This document shows positions 41,234 to 51,229 of a DNA stretch of 64,000 bases, in pieces. A model generated the notes under the pieces. It worked only from the letters and a program-made list of their open reading frames with translations. It was not told the origin of the DNA and ran no database searches. Within the stretch, counting starts at the first letter, position 1. Each line of letters starts with the position of its first letter. Made by a program: the position numbers and the translations under genes. Source of the DNA: Terriglobia bacterium (GTDB lineage: Bacteria; Acidobacteriota; Terriglobia; JAJPHL01; JAPKYU01); contig CBDBKE010000001.1 in assembly GCA_965206645.1 (NCBI GenBank), forward strand, positions 192,001 to 256,000. The letters run 5' to 3'.

Positions 41234-43876
41234 TCAACTCCGAGTGATAAATTCGTCTAGGTTCAAGAGCAACCGGGCGATTGCAACCCAGAGTGCTGCT
41301 TCGGGGGGGGAGATGTCTTGCAATTCCTGCGCAGGGAAAAGCTGGTAAGCCAGGTCCGGGTATTTTTCCAAGATTCTCTTTTGCTCTTGGTAATAGCTGG
41401 CGAGACGCTCGCTCTCTGAAGCCCCGGGCTCCCTGGCGAGGCACAGTTGGAAGGCGTAGCGCAGACGGTCATCCCAACTGCCACGCTCATGGCGCAGAAT
41501 CCGAACGGCCAGCACCTGGGCTGCCTCTACAAACACTGGATCGTTCAGCAGGTTCAAGGCCTGCAGGGGCGTGGTGCTTCGTTCGCGTCGAGTGCAGGGA
41601 AGAAGAGAATCCGGGGCGTCAAAGTTTGTTAGCAGTGGATAGGGAGTCGTTCGCAAAAACTTGATGTATAGTCCGCGCCGATAGCGGTCCGTCCCTTTGC
41701 TTCCCTCCCATCTGGGCGGTCCGAATACGAAGCCAAACTCGATCACACCCTCAGGCTGATGGGGCTCGATACTCCTGCCACCGATGACCGGACTCAAGAG
41801 GCCGCTTACGGAGAGCGCAGCGTCGCGAATCAGTTCCGCGGAGAGACGCAGGCGGACCTGACGAGCCAGCATCTTGTTACCGGGATCATTGGTTTCCATC
41901 TCTGGCCTTACGTGCGAGGACTGCCGGTAGGTAGCCGATTGCACGATGAGCCTGTGCATTTTCTTCATGTCCCAGCCACTTGACATAAAGTCAGTGGCTA
42001 GCCAGTCGAGCAATTCGGGGTGCGAGGCTGGCTCGGATCGTGTGCCGAAGTCACCTGGCGTCCCTACCAGGCCACGACCGAAAAACTCTTGCCAAGCGCG
42101 GTTGACCCATATGCGCGAGGTCAGTGGATTTTCCTCAGACACCACCCACTTGGCCAGGTCCAGGCGTGAAGGGTTGGGAGCCGGGGGAGGGGAATTGAGA
42201 ATGGACAGCACGCCCGGCTGGACCTCGATTCCCGGTTGTAGGTAATCCCCGCGGATCAGGATGTGGGTCTTGGGAGGCTGAGGATTCTGCATCAGGATCT
42301 GGGCCTCGGTAGGTCCAGGATATTCCTTTTTCAGATTATGCAGCTTCTCCTTTAGTTCTTCCAACTTCAGTTCTTCGTATTTTTTCTTCCCAACAGAAAC
42401 CTGATAAAAGTCGGCAAAAAAGTCGGTCAGCTTATCCTGCTGTTTTTGGGTCCGCTCGTGGGGAGGAAGCATCAGCAATTTGCCTCCCTCGTCCACTGTG
42501 ACCAGCAGGTTGGACCAACCGGCGTCGTAAGGAGGATTGGCGCCCGGGTTCCGCCCGGCCGCCAGCGTTTTCTTTTCCCAATCGGGATAGAGTTCCGGCA
42601 CCTTGTACTCAGCCAATAATGCTTTTCGTTTATGTTCGTACTCTACCTGCCGCTGTAGATAAGTCCCCAATTCTCCCAGGTAAGGGACTTCGATATTTGC
42701 TTCCTTAGCGCTATTGAAAAACGCGAAGAGCTGATAAAACTCGCGCTGGCTGATCGGATCGTACTTGTGGTCATGGCAACGGGCACAGCCGACCGTGAGC
42801 CCCAGCCAAACGGCTCCCAGGGTCGAGGTGCGATCCACAATCTGTTCGATCCGGTACTCTTCGGGTTTAACGCCACCTTCGCGATTCGTCAGGGTGTTGC
42901 GAAAAAATCCGGTCGCGATCTTTTGCTCGGCAGTAGCATTCGGCAGCAGGTCGCCCGCGAGCTGCTCGAGTGTGAACTGGTCGAAGGGAATGTTGCGATT
43001 CAGCGCTTGAATCACCCAATCGCGCCAACGCCAGGCGTAAGGACGGACAAAGTCCTTTTCATAGCCGTCACTGTCGGCGTAGTGAGCCAGATCAAGCCAT
43101 TGCCGCGCCCACTTCTCTCCGTAATGGGTCGAAGCAAGCAGGCGGTCCACCAGGCGCTCATACGCATCCGGGCGCTGGTCAGCTAAGAACTGGGCCACTT
43201 CCTCAGGTGTCGGGGGCAGCCCGATCAGATCGAAGTAGAGGCGCCGAATCAAAGTAGACCGGTCGGCCTCCGGAGAGGGCACGATTTTCTCTGCTTCCAA
43301 CCGAGCAAGGACAAAGGCATCAATCGGGTTGCGAATCCAGGTCTGGTTGCGCACGTTCGGAAGGGCCGGGCGCTGAGGGGCATTGAAGGCCCAGTGCTTA
43401 CTTCGTGGGCTTGGGACCTGCAGGGTGGTAGCTTGCTTCGCCGCCGCCGGCTCCTGCGCCCACTTGGCACCCTGGTCAATCCACCCTCGCAGAAGGCTCA
43501 CCTGCTCCACGGTCAGCCTTTCTCCCACCATCGGCATGACCGAACCCTTCACTAAGCCCGCGACCATGTGGATGAGCCTGCTTCCGGCGCTGTTCCCCGG
43601 CTTAATCACCGGCCCGGAGTTGCCTCCGGCCAACGTTGCAGCCTTACTGTCCAGGCGTAATCCACCCATCTGCTGCTTCGGGCCATGGCAGATGGAGCAC
43701 CTCTCTCGAAACAGCGGCTCGACGTCCCGTGAAAAATCAACCTGGATTTTTGCCGCAGGAGGCAACGCCTGGATGTCTATTTCCTGGGCCAAATGGGGGA
43801 CGTAAGCAATTCCCAGAAGAAAAAGCACCGCAACGCTTGATGTAAAGACCCGTTTGAACATGGAAATCAACTCCAA
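41234..43876 (-). CDS. PSD1/planctomycete cytochrome c domain protein (DUF1549/DUF1553)
   Basis: CSICH, NPIDAF, LIRR..DL.GLPP, YGEKWAR.WLD, CARCHDHKYDPI, HPELLDWLA, TPLQAL.LLN. Confidence 0.92.
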   Translation of the reverse strand: MELISMFKRVFTSSVAVLFLLGIAYVPHLAQEIDIQALPPAAKIQVDFSRDVEPLFRERCSICHGPKQQMGGLRLDSKAATLAGGNSGPVIKPGNSAGSRLIHMVAGLVKGSVMPMVGERLTVEQVSLLRGWIDQGAKWAQEPAAAKQATTLQVPSPRSKHWAFNAPQRPALPNVRNQTWIRNPIDAFVLARLEAEKIVPSPEADRSTLIRRLYFDLIGLPPTPEEVAQFLADQRPDAYERLVDRLLASTHYGEKWARQWLDLAHYADSDGYEKDFVRPYAWRWRDWVIQALNRNIPFDQFTLEQLAGDLLPNATAEQKIATGFFRNTLTNREGGVKPEEYRIEQIVDRTSTLGAVWLGLTVGCARCHDHKYDPISQREFYQLFAFFNSAKEANIEVPYLGELGTYLQRQVEYEHKRKALLAEYKVPELYPDWEKKTLAAGRNPGANPPYDAGWSNLLVTVDEGGKLLMLPPHERTQKQQDKLTDFFADFYQVSVGKKKYEELKLEELKEKLHNLKKEYPGPTEAQILMQNPQPPKTHILIRGDYLQPGIEVQPGVLSILNSPPPAPNPSRLDLAKWVVSEENPLTSRIWVNRAWQEFFGRGLVGTPGDFGTRSEPASHPELLDWLATDFMSSGWDMKKMHRLIVQSATYRQSSHVRPEMETNDPGNKMLARQVRLRLSAELIRDAALSVSGLLSPVIGGRSIEPHQPEGVIEFGFVFGPPRWEGSKGTDRYRRGLYIKFLRTTPYPLLTNFDAPDSLLPCTRRERSTTPLQALNLLNDPVFVEAAQVLAVRILRHERGSWDDRLRYAFQLCLAREPGASESERLASYYQEQKRILEKYPDLAYQLFPAQELQDISPPEAALWVAIARLLLNLDEFITRS

Positions 43877-43894
43877 GAGAAAAACTGCGGTCTC

Positions 43895-45343
43895 CTATGC
43901 CAGCAACTTCTGCACTACTTCGCCTGCGACATCGGTGAGCCGGAAGTCGCGCGCCATGTGGCGATAAGTGAGCCGCTTGTGGTCGAGTCCCAGTAAGTGC
44001 AGGAGGGTGGCATGCAGGTCGTGGATGTGAATCTTGTCTTCTACGATCCGCAGGCCCAAGTCGTCCGTTTGCCCGACGACCTGCCCGCTCCTAATGCCTC
44101 CCCCCGCCATCCAGATGCAGAAGGCAAACGGGTGGTGGTCTCGTCCCTCGCCGCCCTTGTCCGGGTCGTTGATCTGCACCATAGGAGTGCGCCCAAACTC
44201 CCCTCCCCAAATGACCAGCGTGGAGTCGAGCAGACCGCGCTGCTTCAGATCCTTCAGCAGTGCTGCGGTAGGCTGGTCGACGATCTCGCAGTTCTCCTTC
44301 AGGTTTTCCAGAAGTCTGCTATGGTCGTCCCAGCTCCCGTGCATCAACTGCACAAAGCGCACGCCGCGCTCGATCATCCTTCGGGCCAGTAGACAGTTGG
44401 TGCCGAAGGTCTTGGTCGGTTTTTTATCCACGCCGTACATCTCCAGCGTGCTCGCCGACTCCTTGGAGAGATCCATTAATTCTGGAGCGGCCATCTGCAT
44501 TCGGAACGCCAGCTCGTAGGAGGCGATGCGCGAGGCGATCTCAACGTCTCCAGTCTTAGCACGGTTGATCTCATTGAGATCCCGGAGAGCGTCCAGAGTG
44601 GAACGCTGCATTTCCCGGTTGACTCCGGGCGGATCCGACAGATAGAGGACAGGGTCACCCGTGTTCCGGAAAGTGACCCCTTGGTAAGTGGACGAGAGAA
44701 ATCCGCTGGACCAGTTCCCAGTGCCTGCCCCTGGAGAGGTGCCTCCAGAGCGGAGCACGACAAAACCCGGTAAGCTCTCCGACTCGCTTCCCAGACCGTA
44801 GAGAGCCCACGCGCCCATCGAGGGGCGCCCCACCAGCGGCGTCCCGCACTGCAGCATTAACTGGGCCGGGTGGTGGTTGAACTGCTCCGTGTACATCGAC
44901 CGGATCATGCAGATGTCGTCGGCCCGGCTCGCAATGTGCGGCAGCCAATCGGAAAACTCGATGCCGCTTTGCCCGTAGCGCCGGAACGAGCGCGGGCTCG
45001 CCCAAACCTTGGCCGTCGGCTTGATAAAGGCCAATCTCAAGTCCTTGGTCATAGAAGGCGGCAGAGACTGGCCCTCCCATTTCTTCATCTCTGCCTTGGG
45101 ATCAAACAGATCAACTTGACTCGGCCCACCGTCCATGTACAGGAAGATAACGTTTTTTACCTTTGCAGGGAAATGGGGGGACTTGGGAGCAAGCGGGTTA
45201 ATCTTTTTCGACGTTTGGGTAGCGTCACCCGCAAGGCCTTCGGCCTGCAACAGGTGCCAGAAAGCAACTGTCCCTAATCCCGCAGCCGTATCGCGCAAGA
45301 AGCTTCGGCGACTTTGGAGGGACTTGAGCTCTTGCCAGTCCAT
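43895..45343 (-). CDS. DUF1501 domain protein
   Basis: SRRSFL, IFLYM.GGPSQ.D.FD.K, ARR.IERGVRFV, WGGEFGRTP, GRDHHP. Confidence 0.92.
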   Translation of the reverse strand: MDWQELKSLQSRRSFLRDTAAGLGTVAFWHLLQAEGLAGDATQTSKKINPLAPKSPHFPAKVKNVIFLYMDGGPSQVDLFDPKAEMKKWEGQSLPPSMTKDLRLAFIKPTAKVWASPRSFRRYGQSGIEFSDWLPHIASRADDICMIRSMYTEQFNHHPAQLMLQCGTPLVGRPSMGAWALYGLGSESESLPGFVVLRSGGTSPGAGTGNWSSGFLSSTYQGVTFRNTGDPVLYLSDPPGVNREMQRSTLDALRDLNEINRAKTGDVEIASRIASYELAFRMQMAAPELMDLSKESASTLEMYGVDKKPTKTFGTNCLLARRMIERGVRFVQLMHGSWDDHSRLLENLKENCEIVDQPTAALLKDLKQRGLLDSTLVIWGGEFGRTPMVQINDPDKGGEGRDHHPFAFCIWMAGGGIRSGQVVGQTDDLGLRIVEDKIHIHDLHATLLHLLGLDHKRLTYRHMARDFRLTDVAGEVVQKLLA

Positions 45344-45388
45344 CGGGGTGTTCTCCTCCAGAGTTTACATCATGTTAGGGGCTGTCAA

Positions 45389-47047
45389 CCGGAATTTCCA
45401 TTTTGAGCTTCACCTTCACCCGAAAACCTATGCCTCTTACCCTGTCGTGTCAATCGCAAATCGCCCGGGCCTCTTTGAGGTGGTAGTGCGGCACATTTTG
45501 GCTGTTCTTCGGAGTCGCTGTGCGGGTTTCGCCTGCCCAGCCTGCCTCGCCGCTGACACTTGTCCGGCCCGACCACTTCTGAGCACCTAAAATTACCCTC
45601 TCTCCTGGGTCGCTAGCCGTCTGGCAGCGGCAGTGCCGAGATCGTTCGCAGCATGCTGCTGAACAGCCTCCGGCTCAAGTGCCCTTCGGCCAGCAAAAGC
45701 CAGTAATATCGCGCATGTTTCACCAGCCGTCCTCCCGTTTTCACCAGCCGCTGCTGCAAACTCGTCAGCGACCAGTTGTTGATCCTCTTCGGTAGCACCA
45801 GCCGCCGCCACAGGTTTCCCAAGTTGTAGGCGATCAGGCTCAGCCATAGGCGCACCTCGTTCGACCGAAACCGATGGCAACTCAGCCGGGTCATCTTTAC
45901 CGCCTGCTTGCCTTCCTTGATCCATTGCTCTGCGGTGCCCCGCTTGTTGTAGAACCGGACCACCGCCCGGCTGTCGGTCTCCAGATTGGTGACGATGAAC
46001 CCCACGCGAGGGAACAGTTCGCCAAAGTGGAACTCCACCTTCGCCACCACCCGCCGCGCCTTTTTCCAACTGGCTGCCTGGTAGAGAAAGCTCTTGTACC
46101 AGACCACCGGCTTGTGGCTCGGTCGCCCCACTGGCCGCGTCAACAACTCCGCGATGTCCCTCTCCAGACTGTCGTTGGCCGGGATGCGAATCGCATACTT
46201 CACGTCCCGCTCCTCCAGTGCGTCGTAGATCTCCGGCTTGGCGAAGGCGGCGTCGGCGCGAAACACCACTTCCTTGCCCAGCTTCTGCTGCCGTTCGATC
46301 TCTGGCAGGAGAAGTTCTTCCCAATCCTCGGCGCTGTGCACGTTGCCGGGTCGCAGCTTGGCCGCCAGACAGTCACCCTCGCGACTGAACAGCAACAACG
46401 GGTGATAGCAACTCGACTCGAAATGCCCGTTGTAGGCGCTCTGCTCCTGTTCGCCGTAGACCGGGATCTCGGTGCTGTCCATGTCCAGCACCACCCGGCG
46501 CGGCGCATCCATAGCTTCCGCCCTGGCGATCAAATCCCGGTTGATCGCTGCCAAACCAGCAAGGTTCTCGTCTTGCGTCAGCAGTTCTGTCTCGAACGAC
46601 TGTAACCGGGAAGTCAGGGCTGCGCCACGTTCCCAGATCTTCTCCGAACCGATCAGCCGGAACGTCGGATCTTGGGAAAGCCGCTCGGCGTCGTTGACGT
46701 CTTCGTATCCTGCCAAGCGGCTGTAGATGGACTGCCGCAGCAAGTCAGCGAGGGGCAACCGGGTGTTCTTCCCCCGAGAGTCGATCAAGTGCTGTTCGAT
46801 AAGTTCGCCGAACCCCAAACGTTCGTCCAACTCGCGCACCACAATCAGACCGCCGTCGGAAGTGATTCGCGATCCCTGAAATGTGACCCGCAGAAACCGG
46901 TTGAATGACAGTTGAAACGCCTGTTTTTGGCTCTCACCCATTCGGTGTACACCTCCGGAAGGCAATGTTGATGCTGGAACCCGCATCAATACTGACGTTG
47001 GAGTCATTCAGAAGGTTGCCGCCGATAGTTCATAAAGGAAATCCGGG
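45389..47047 (-). mobile_element. IS1380-family element
   Basis: Ends CCGGAATTTCCATTTT and (rc) CCCGGATTTCCTTTAT; GTCAA duplicated at 45384-45388 and 47048-47052. Confidence 0.92.
45613..46941 (-). CDS. IS1380 transposase
   Basis: TSDGG, GYED.ND...L..DP, LDMDST..YGEQE..YNGH, LRPGN, RADAAF, Y.KRG.AEQWIKE.K. Confidence 0.93.
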   Translation of the reverse strand: MGESQKQAFQLSFNRFLRVTFQGSRITSDGGLIVVRELDERLGFGELIEQHLIDSRGKNTRLPLADLLRQSIYSRLAGYEDVNDAERLSQDPTFRLIGSEKIWERGAALTSRLQSFETELLTQDENLAGLAAINRDLIARAEAMDAPRRVVLDMDSTEIPVYGEQEQSAYNGHFESSCYHPLLLFSREGDCLAAKLRPGNVHSAEDWEELLLPEIERQQKLGKEVVFRADAAFAKPEIYDALEERDVKYAIRIPANDSLERDIAELLTRPVGRPSHKPVVWYKSFLYQAASWKKARRVVAKVEFHFGELFPRVGFIVTNLETDSRAVVRFYNKRGTAEQWIKEGKQAVKMTRLSCHRFRSNEVRLWLSLIAYNLGNLWRRLVLPKRINNWSLTSLQQRLVKTGGRLVKHARYYWLLLAEGHLSRRLFSSMLRTISALPLPDG

Positions 47048-47145
47048 GTCAAGAAGAGCCGCAGATCTACCGCCAGTGCGTGGCCACCCGCAGCCTCTAG
47101 TGCAGACCCTTGGTCCCGCGCAAGCAATCCGTAGGTCATCAAGGA

Positions 47146-48351
47146 TCATGGCTTGAACAACCTGACCTCGACTTCGTAAGTGACCGACTCGCCCGGGCGA
47201 AGAATCGCCATGCCGGTGCGTTCCTGTTGGGAACCCCAGATCTTGCTGAATGGGTCGGTCCAATGGGTTTGCGGTTCGATCGCAATGAAGGGCTCGTCGG
47301 TAGGCGCCGCTACCTGAAAGGCTTGGATCGAGGGGCTCAAGGCAGTGACGCGAACGCCGTAGCCCGCTAAGCTATCGACTACAGAGGCGGCCGCGTGGCC
47401 GTCCGGATTTCTGACCAGACCTACGAAACAATCATCCAAGTACATCTGCCCGAGTTCCTTGCCCTGGGCTTCAGAAAAATCGTACGGCGTGCTCTGAATG
47501 CCGGCGACCTCGCCAGTGGGGAAGACATCGTCGTAATTGTTTACCAGAAGCCGCTTTCGCGCCGGAAGGTGCAGCCTCCCCTGCTCTCGCTTGCCGCTCG
47601 GGAACAAGAAATAGGGGTGCCAGGAAACTCCCATCGGCAACAACTCGTCGCCAATGTTTTTGGCCGTGACCGAGAACACGAAGGAATCGGCCCGCAGAGT
47701 TGCGGTGACAGTGAGAAAAGTCTTCGACAACCACTGGCCTTGGAAGTCTCCCGCGTCGAGCCGCCCGGTCACTTTCGCCTCGCCCTGGCCGGACTCCAAA
47801 GTGACTTCATCCATACGGTTTCGCAGAAACAGCCCGTGCACCGCACACTTCTCCGCTCCCGGCGCCTTACCCTGGCCGATCGCCGGCAGCTTGACGGCCT
47901 TGTCCAGAATCCGGGCCTGGACGCGGTTTTCATCAGGCAAGAATTCCCCGCGAATGCGGTTTGCGTAGGGAAGGAGAATTGCACCTCCCATTTGGTATGA
48001 TTGCTCTCCGTAAGAGTCCTGAGGGCCTCCGTCCATGATCTCCCTGACGGCCTCAAGAGAAGGCGATTGGAACATCTCGAAGGTGCCCTTGCCCGGCAGG
48101 TATGCCTGCATTTGGTAAATGTTCATGGAGCGCCCCGGAAGAATGTAGACCTTCAGTATTTGGAGCCCTCCATCGTCTGACTTGGGTGCGTTCAACACGA
48201 CGACCGGTTCGCTGCCCACCGTGGCACTAATCTTCTTTGCCGAAAACGCCTCCTTTGGGGCCGGCGGAGCCTGCTGGTCGTAGCCGCAACCTACGATAAG
48301 GGTTACTAGAAGTAAGCCAGTAAGGACGGCAAGTTCTCTCGCTGCTGCCAT
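47146..48351 (-). CDS. Aldose 1-epimerase family lipoprotein
   Basis: Lipobox IVGC, PYANRI, VHG, WHPYF, PTG, LDDCF, IEPQ. Confidence 0.88.
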   Translation of the reverse strand: MAAARELAVLTGLLLVTLIVGCGYDQQAPPAPKEAFSAKKISATVGSEPVVVLNAPKSDDGGLQILKVYILPGRSMNIYQMQAYLPGKGTFEMFQSPSLEAVREIMDGGPQDSYGEQSYQMGGAILLPYANRIRGEFLPDENRVQARILDKAVKLPAIGQGKAPGAEKCAVHGLFLRNRMDEVTLESGQGEAKVTGRLDAGDFQGQWLSKTFLTVTATLRADSFVFSVTAKNIGDELLPMGVSWHPYFLFPSGKREQGRLHLPARKRLLVNNYDDVFPTGEVAGIQSTPYDFSEAQGKELGQMYLDDCFVGLVRNPDGHAAASVVDSLAGYGVRVTALSPSIQAFQVAAPTDEPFIAIEPQTHWTDPFSKIWGSQQERTGMAILRPGESVTYEVEVRLFKP

Positions 48352-48429
48352 GTGTAAAGCCTTTCTTAAGAGACTCAAACTGGCTCCCAGCGCGTAGTCG
48401 AGCCGAAAGCCTCCACTGAGGGGCAACCG

Positions 48430-49125
48430 CTAGCGGCGCGTCCGCGAGCGGGGTTCAACGCGGATAGCCAACAGCACGTGGGTGGGCTCGCCCTCAACGA
48501 CCGTAGGGGCGAACTGGAATTGCCGCAGGGCAGCTTCCAACGCAGAGTCGGTGGCGTCTTCCATCGGGCGCAGGCTGGCTACCTTTCCTTCCTGGTCCAC
48601 CAGAAGCAAATAGGAACAGGGGATATTCTGTAAGCCCGCAGGCAGGGGTGCCGCTCGCAGTGGCGGCAGGTGGCGGGCCCGCATGGGCACAAACAGCGGC
48701 GTATCGGTCGGAATCTTCCAGAAGCGCGCTGGGGATACTTCCACTTTCGCCGACTCTACCCATCCCTGGTCTTTCTTCCCCGGGATGTGGACCCGTGCCA
48801 GGAGCGCCCTGCCAGTGTCGCGCGCCGGGAGCAGAAAGGTGAACTGGAAGGCTGAGGACTCTTTCGGCAGCCGCGCGGCAATCTTGGCACCCGTAAATTG
48901 CAGGCGCCAGCGGCCGGTGGGCTCCACTTCGGCCACCATGGGGGAGATTGGATCAGGTGCCTTATAAATGGCAGCAAAGTGCCCTCGCGGCGTCACTACC
49001 TGCGCCAGGCAGACAGAAGCCAGCAAGGCACTGAGCAGCGAGGTTGCCAAAGCCTTCGTCATATGCTCGCAGTAGCGGCCCAAGCCAAGCCTCCTCGCCG
49101 GTGGCTGCTGAGTCAAATCGTCCAC
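48430..49125 (-). CDS. Exported hypothetical protein with TonB C-terminal-like end
   Basis: Signal-like helix; LVDQEGKV..AALRQFQFAP..EGEP resembles TonB_C; start uncertain. Confidence 0.5.
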   Translation of the reverse strand: MDDLTQQPPARRLGLGRYCEHMTKALATSLLSALLASVCLAQVVTPRGHFAAIYKAPDPISPMVAEVEPTGRWRLQFTGAKIAARLPKESSAFQFTFLLPARDTGRALLARVHIPGKKDQGWVESAKVEVSPARFWKIPTDTPLFVPMRARHLPPLRAAPLPAGLQNIPCSYLLLVDQEGKVASLRPMEDATDSALEAALRQFQFAPTVVEGEPTHVLLAIRVEPRSRTRR

Positions 49126-50147
49126 CGGAGCAGGGCCGCTCCCGCCGTATATCCTGCCCCCACGGCCGTCAGCAGCACCAGATCCCCCTTGTTGAGTTTT
49201 CCGGCCTGCACAGCTGTGGCCAGTGCCAGAGGAATGGTGGCGGCGGTTGTATTGCCGTACTCATCAATGTTGATGATCACCTGGTCGCACCCCAGACCCA
49301 GGCGCTCAGCCGTGGCCTCGATGATGCGCCGGTTGGCCTGGTGGGGAACCAGGACCCGGACGTCGCGCCCCGTCAGCCCATTGCGGTCCAACAGCCCCTT
49401 GCAGATGTCGTACATCTTGCGGACTGCGTATTTGAATACCTGCCGTCCGTCCTGGTGCACGTAGTGCATGCGCTGGCGCACGGTTTCCTCGCTGGCCGGG
49501 CGACGGCTGCCCCCGGCCGGCATGTGCAAGGAGCCGCCGCCGGAGCCGTCAATTTCGTGCAGGTAATCGATCAGACCCTGCTCGCCGGCATCTGCCGGCT
49601 CCAACAGCACGGCGCCGGCGGCATCCCCGAACAGCACGCAGGTGGCGCGGTGGGTATAATCAACGATGCTGGACATGGTGTCGGCGCCAACGACCAGGAC
49701 GCGCCGGTGCGCCCCGTTGGCAATAAATTGGGTGCCCACGACCAGCGCGTAGAGGAAGCCGGAGCAGGCGGCTGACAGATCGAACCCCCAGGCGCCGCGC
49801 GCCCCGAGCTTGTCCTGGACCAAGCAGGCGGTGGCCGGGAACAACATATCGGGGGTCACGGTGGCGACCAGAATCACTTCCACGTCCTGCGGATCCAGGC
49901 CGCGCGCTGCCAGCGCCTTACGGGCCGCTTCCACCGCCATGTCGGAAGTGGCCATTCCGTCGCTGACCAAGTGCCGCGTGTGAATTCCCGTCCGATCCAG
50001 GATCCACTGCTCGGTCGTATTCACCATCTGTTCCAGGTCAGCATTCGTCAGCACTCGGGGAGGAACGTAGACTCCCAGGGAGGTGATTTTCGTCCGCGAT
50101 TGAGTCAAGGAAGCCTCGCCACACGCAGAAGCTGAATTTGTGTCCAC
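49113..50147 (-). CDS. fabH: 3-oxoacyl-ACP synthase III
   Basis: WI..RTGI, AACSGF, LFGDAAGA, G.QVFK.AV, PHQAN.RI, GNT.AA. Confidence 0.95.
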   Translation of the reverse strand: MDTNSASACGEASLTQSRTKITSLGVYVPPRVLTNADLEQMVNTTEQWILDRTGIHTRHLVSDGMATSDMAVEAARKALAARGLDPQDVEVILVATVTPDMLFPATACLVQDKLGARGAWGFDLSAACSGFLYALVVGTQFIANGAHRRVLVVGADTMSSIVDYTHRATCVLFGDAAGAVLLEPADAGEQGLIDYLHEIDGSGGGSLHMPAGGSRRPASEETVRQRMHYVHQDGRQVFKYAVRKMYDICKGLLDRNGLTGRDVRVLVPHQANRRIIEATAERLGLGCDQVIINIDEYGNTTAATIPLALATAVQAGKLNKGDLVLLTAVGAGYTAGAALLRWTI

Positions 50148-50273
50148 AAGACGCCGTCTATTCTGCCATATTCAGCGCGAAGTCCGAACCGCGAAATGGA
50201 AAAGGCCGCTGAGACGCAACGCAGCGGCACCACGCTGCCGTCTGGCGACGGCGCACTTCATCGCCGTGGTGGG

Positions 50274-51185
50274 CTACCGTCGCCGGTGTGGGCTCCCTCT
50301 GGCCAGCTCTCGTTCTTGAACCGCACCGGCACGGGCACGCGAGCCCGGGTCATTGATGGACCAGTCGTAGCGGAAGAATTCTATTTTTGGGTTCCTCAGG
50401 AAATTCAGTGCTTGCAAGTTTCTGGGGGTTAGATACGGGAGGATATACTCAAGCAGGGTGACCCTGGGGGTTAGATACAGGAGGATATAGTCGGGCAGAG
50501 TGACCTTGCGGTCGGGGTTCCGCCTGCGGAGGTGCTGAAGAAAATCCTCCTCGTAGTCGCTCAGGTTGTAGAGCCCCGACAGGTAGACTCGGTTAGCGGT
50601 CGTGTCTATCGTGAGGTTTCGCTTTTGGTTAATAAACAGGCTGGCGGCTCGCTCCAACTGCTCCTGGAGCGCGGGGCCAGTGAAAGCATCCCGCGGCAGC
50701 AAGGGGCAACTCAGGGAGGCACAGACCAAGGCGAAGTGAATACGCGGGTCGTCGAATCGCCTGCGAATCATCTGGTTCTCCAGATGCGTCAGCGTCATCT
50801 GCTGGCCGCCGGCCAGAAACTTTCGCCGCCAGAAAAAGCTGTAGAGGAACCCCATATCGCGCACGCTGTTTACCGGGTACGCAGCCGAGACCGCTTTCAG
50901 AACAAACGCATTGTAGGCGTTCAGCCAGTAGGAGAGCCGATCGTCGCGGGTGGGAAAAAGATGCGGACGGTTGGCCGGGCTGGTCGCGGCCAGCATCTCC
51001 ACATAGCGGTCCAGCTCGGCGGGATTCTTCTTCAGGCCGGCGTAGTCGACCTCGCCGATCTCGTTCACATACCCCTTCAACACTCGGTCCAGCGGCGCAT
51101 GGTCAAAGCCGCTGGCCCATCCATCTCCTGCGCCAGCTCCTGCGAAAGTTAGCGTCAGGAAAACGAGTAAGGCAAGTACCCGCAT
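50274..51185 (-). CDS. DUF547 domain exported protein
   Basis: Signal peptide, VDY..L, YWLNAYN, L..LEN..IR..DPRIHFALVCASLSCP, YDWS.N. Confidence 0.9.
   Translation of the reverse strand: MRVLALLVFLTLTFAGAGAGDGWASGFDHAPLDRVLKGYVNEIGEVDYAGLKKNPAELDRYVEMLAATSPANRPHLFPTRDDRLSYWLNAYNAFVLKAVSAAYPVNSVRDMGFLYSFFWRRKFLAGGQQMTLTHLENQMIRRRFDDPRIHFALVCASLSCPLLPRDAFTGPALQEQLERAASLFINQKRNLTIDTTANRVYLSGLYNLSDYEEDFLQHLRRRNPDRKVTLPDYILLYLTPRVTLLEYILPYLTPRNLQALNFLRNPKIEFFRYDWSINDPGSRARAGAVQERELARGSPHRRR
50422..50505 (-). repeat. In-frame 42-bp tandem duplication in DUF547 gene
   Basis: Two copies with 5 mismatches, VTLPDYILLYLTPR / VTLLEYILPYLTPR. Confidence 0.9.
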
Positions 51186-51229
51186 ACATTGCAATAGATG
51201 CAGCCACCCCAGGGAAGGTGCACACCGGG

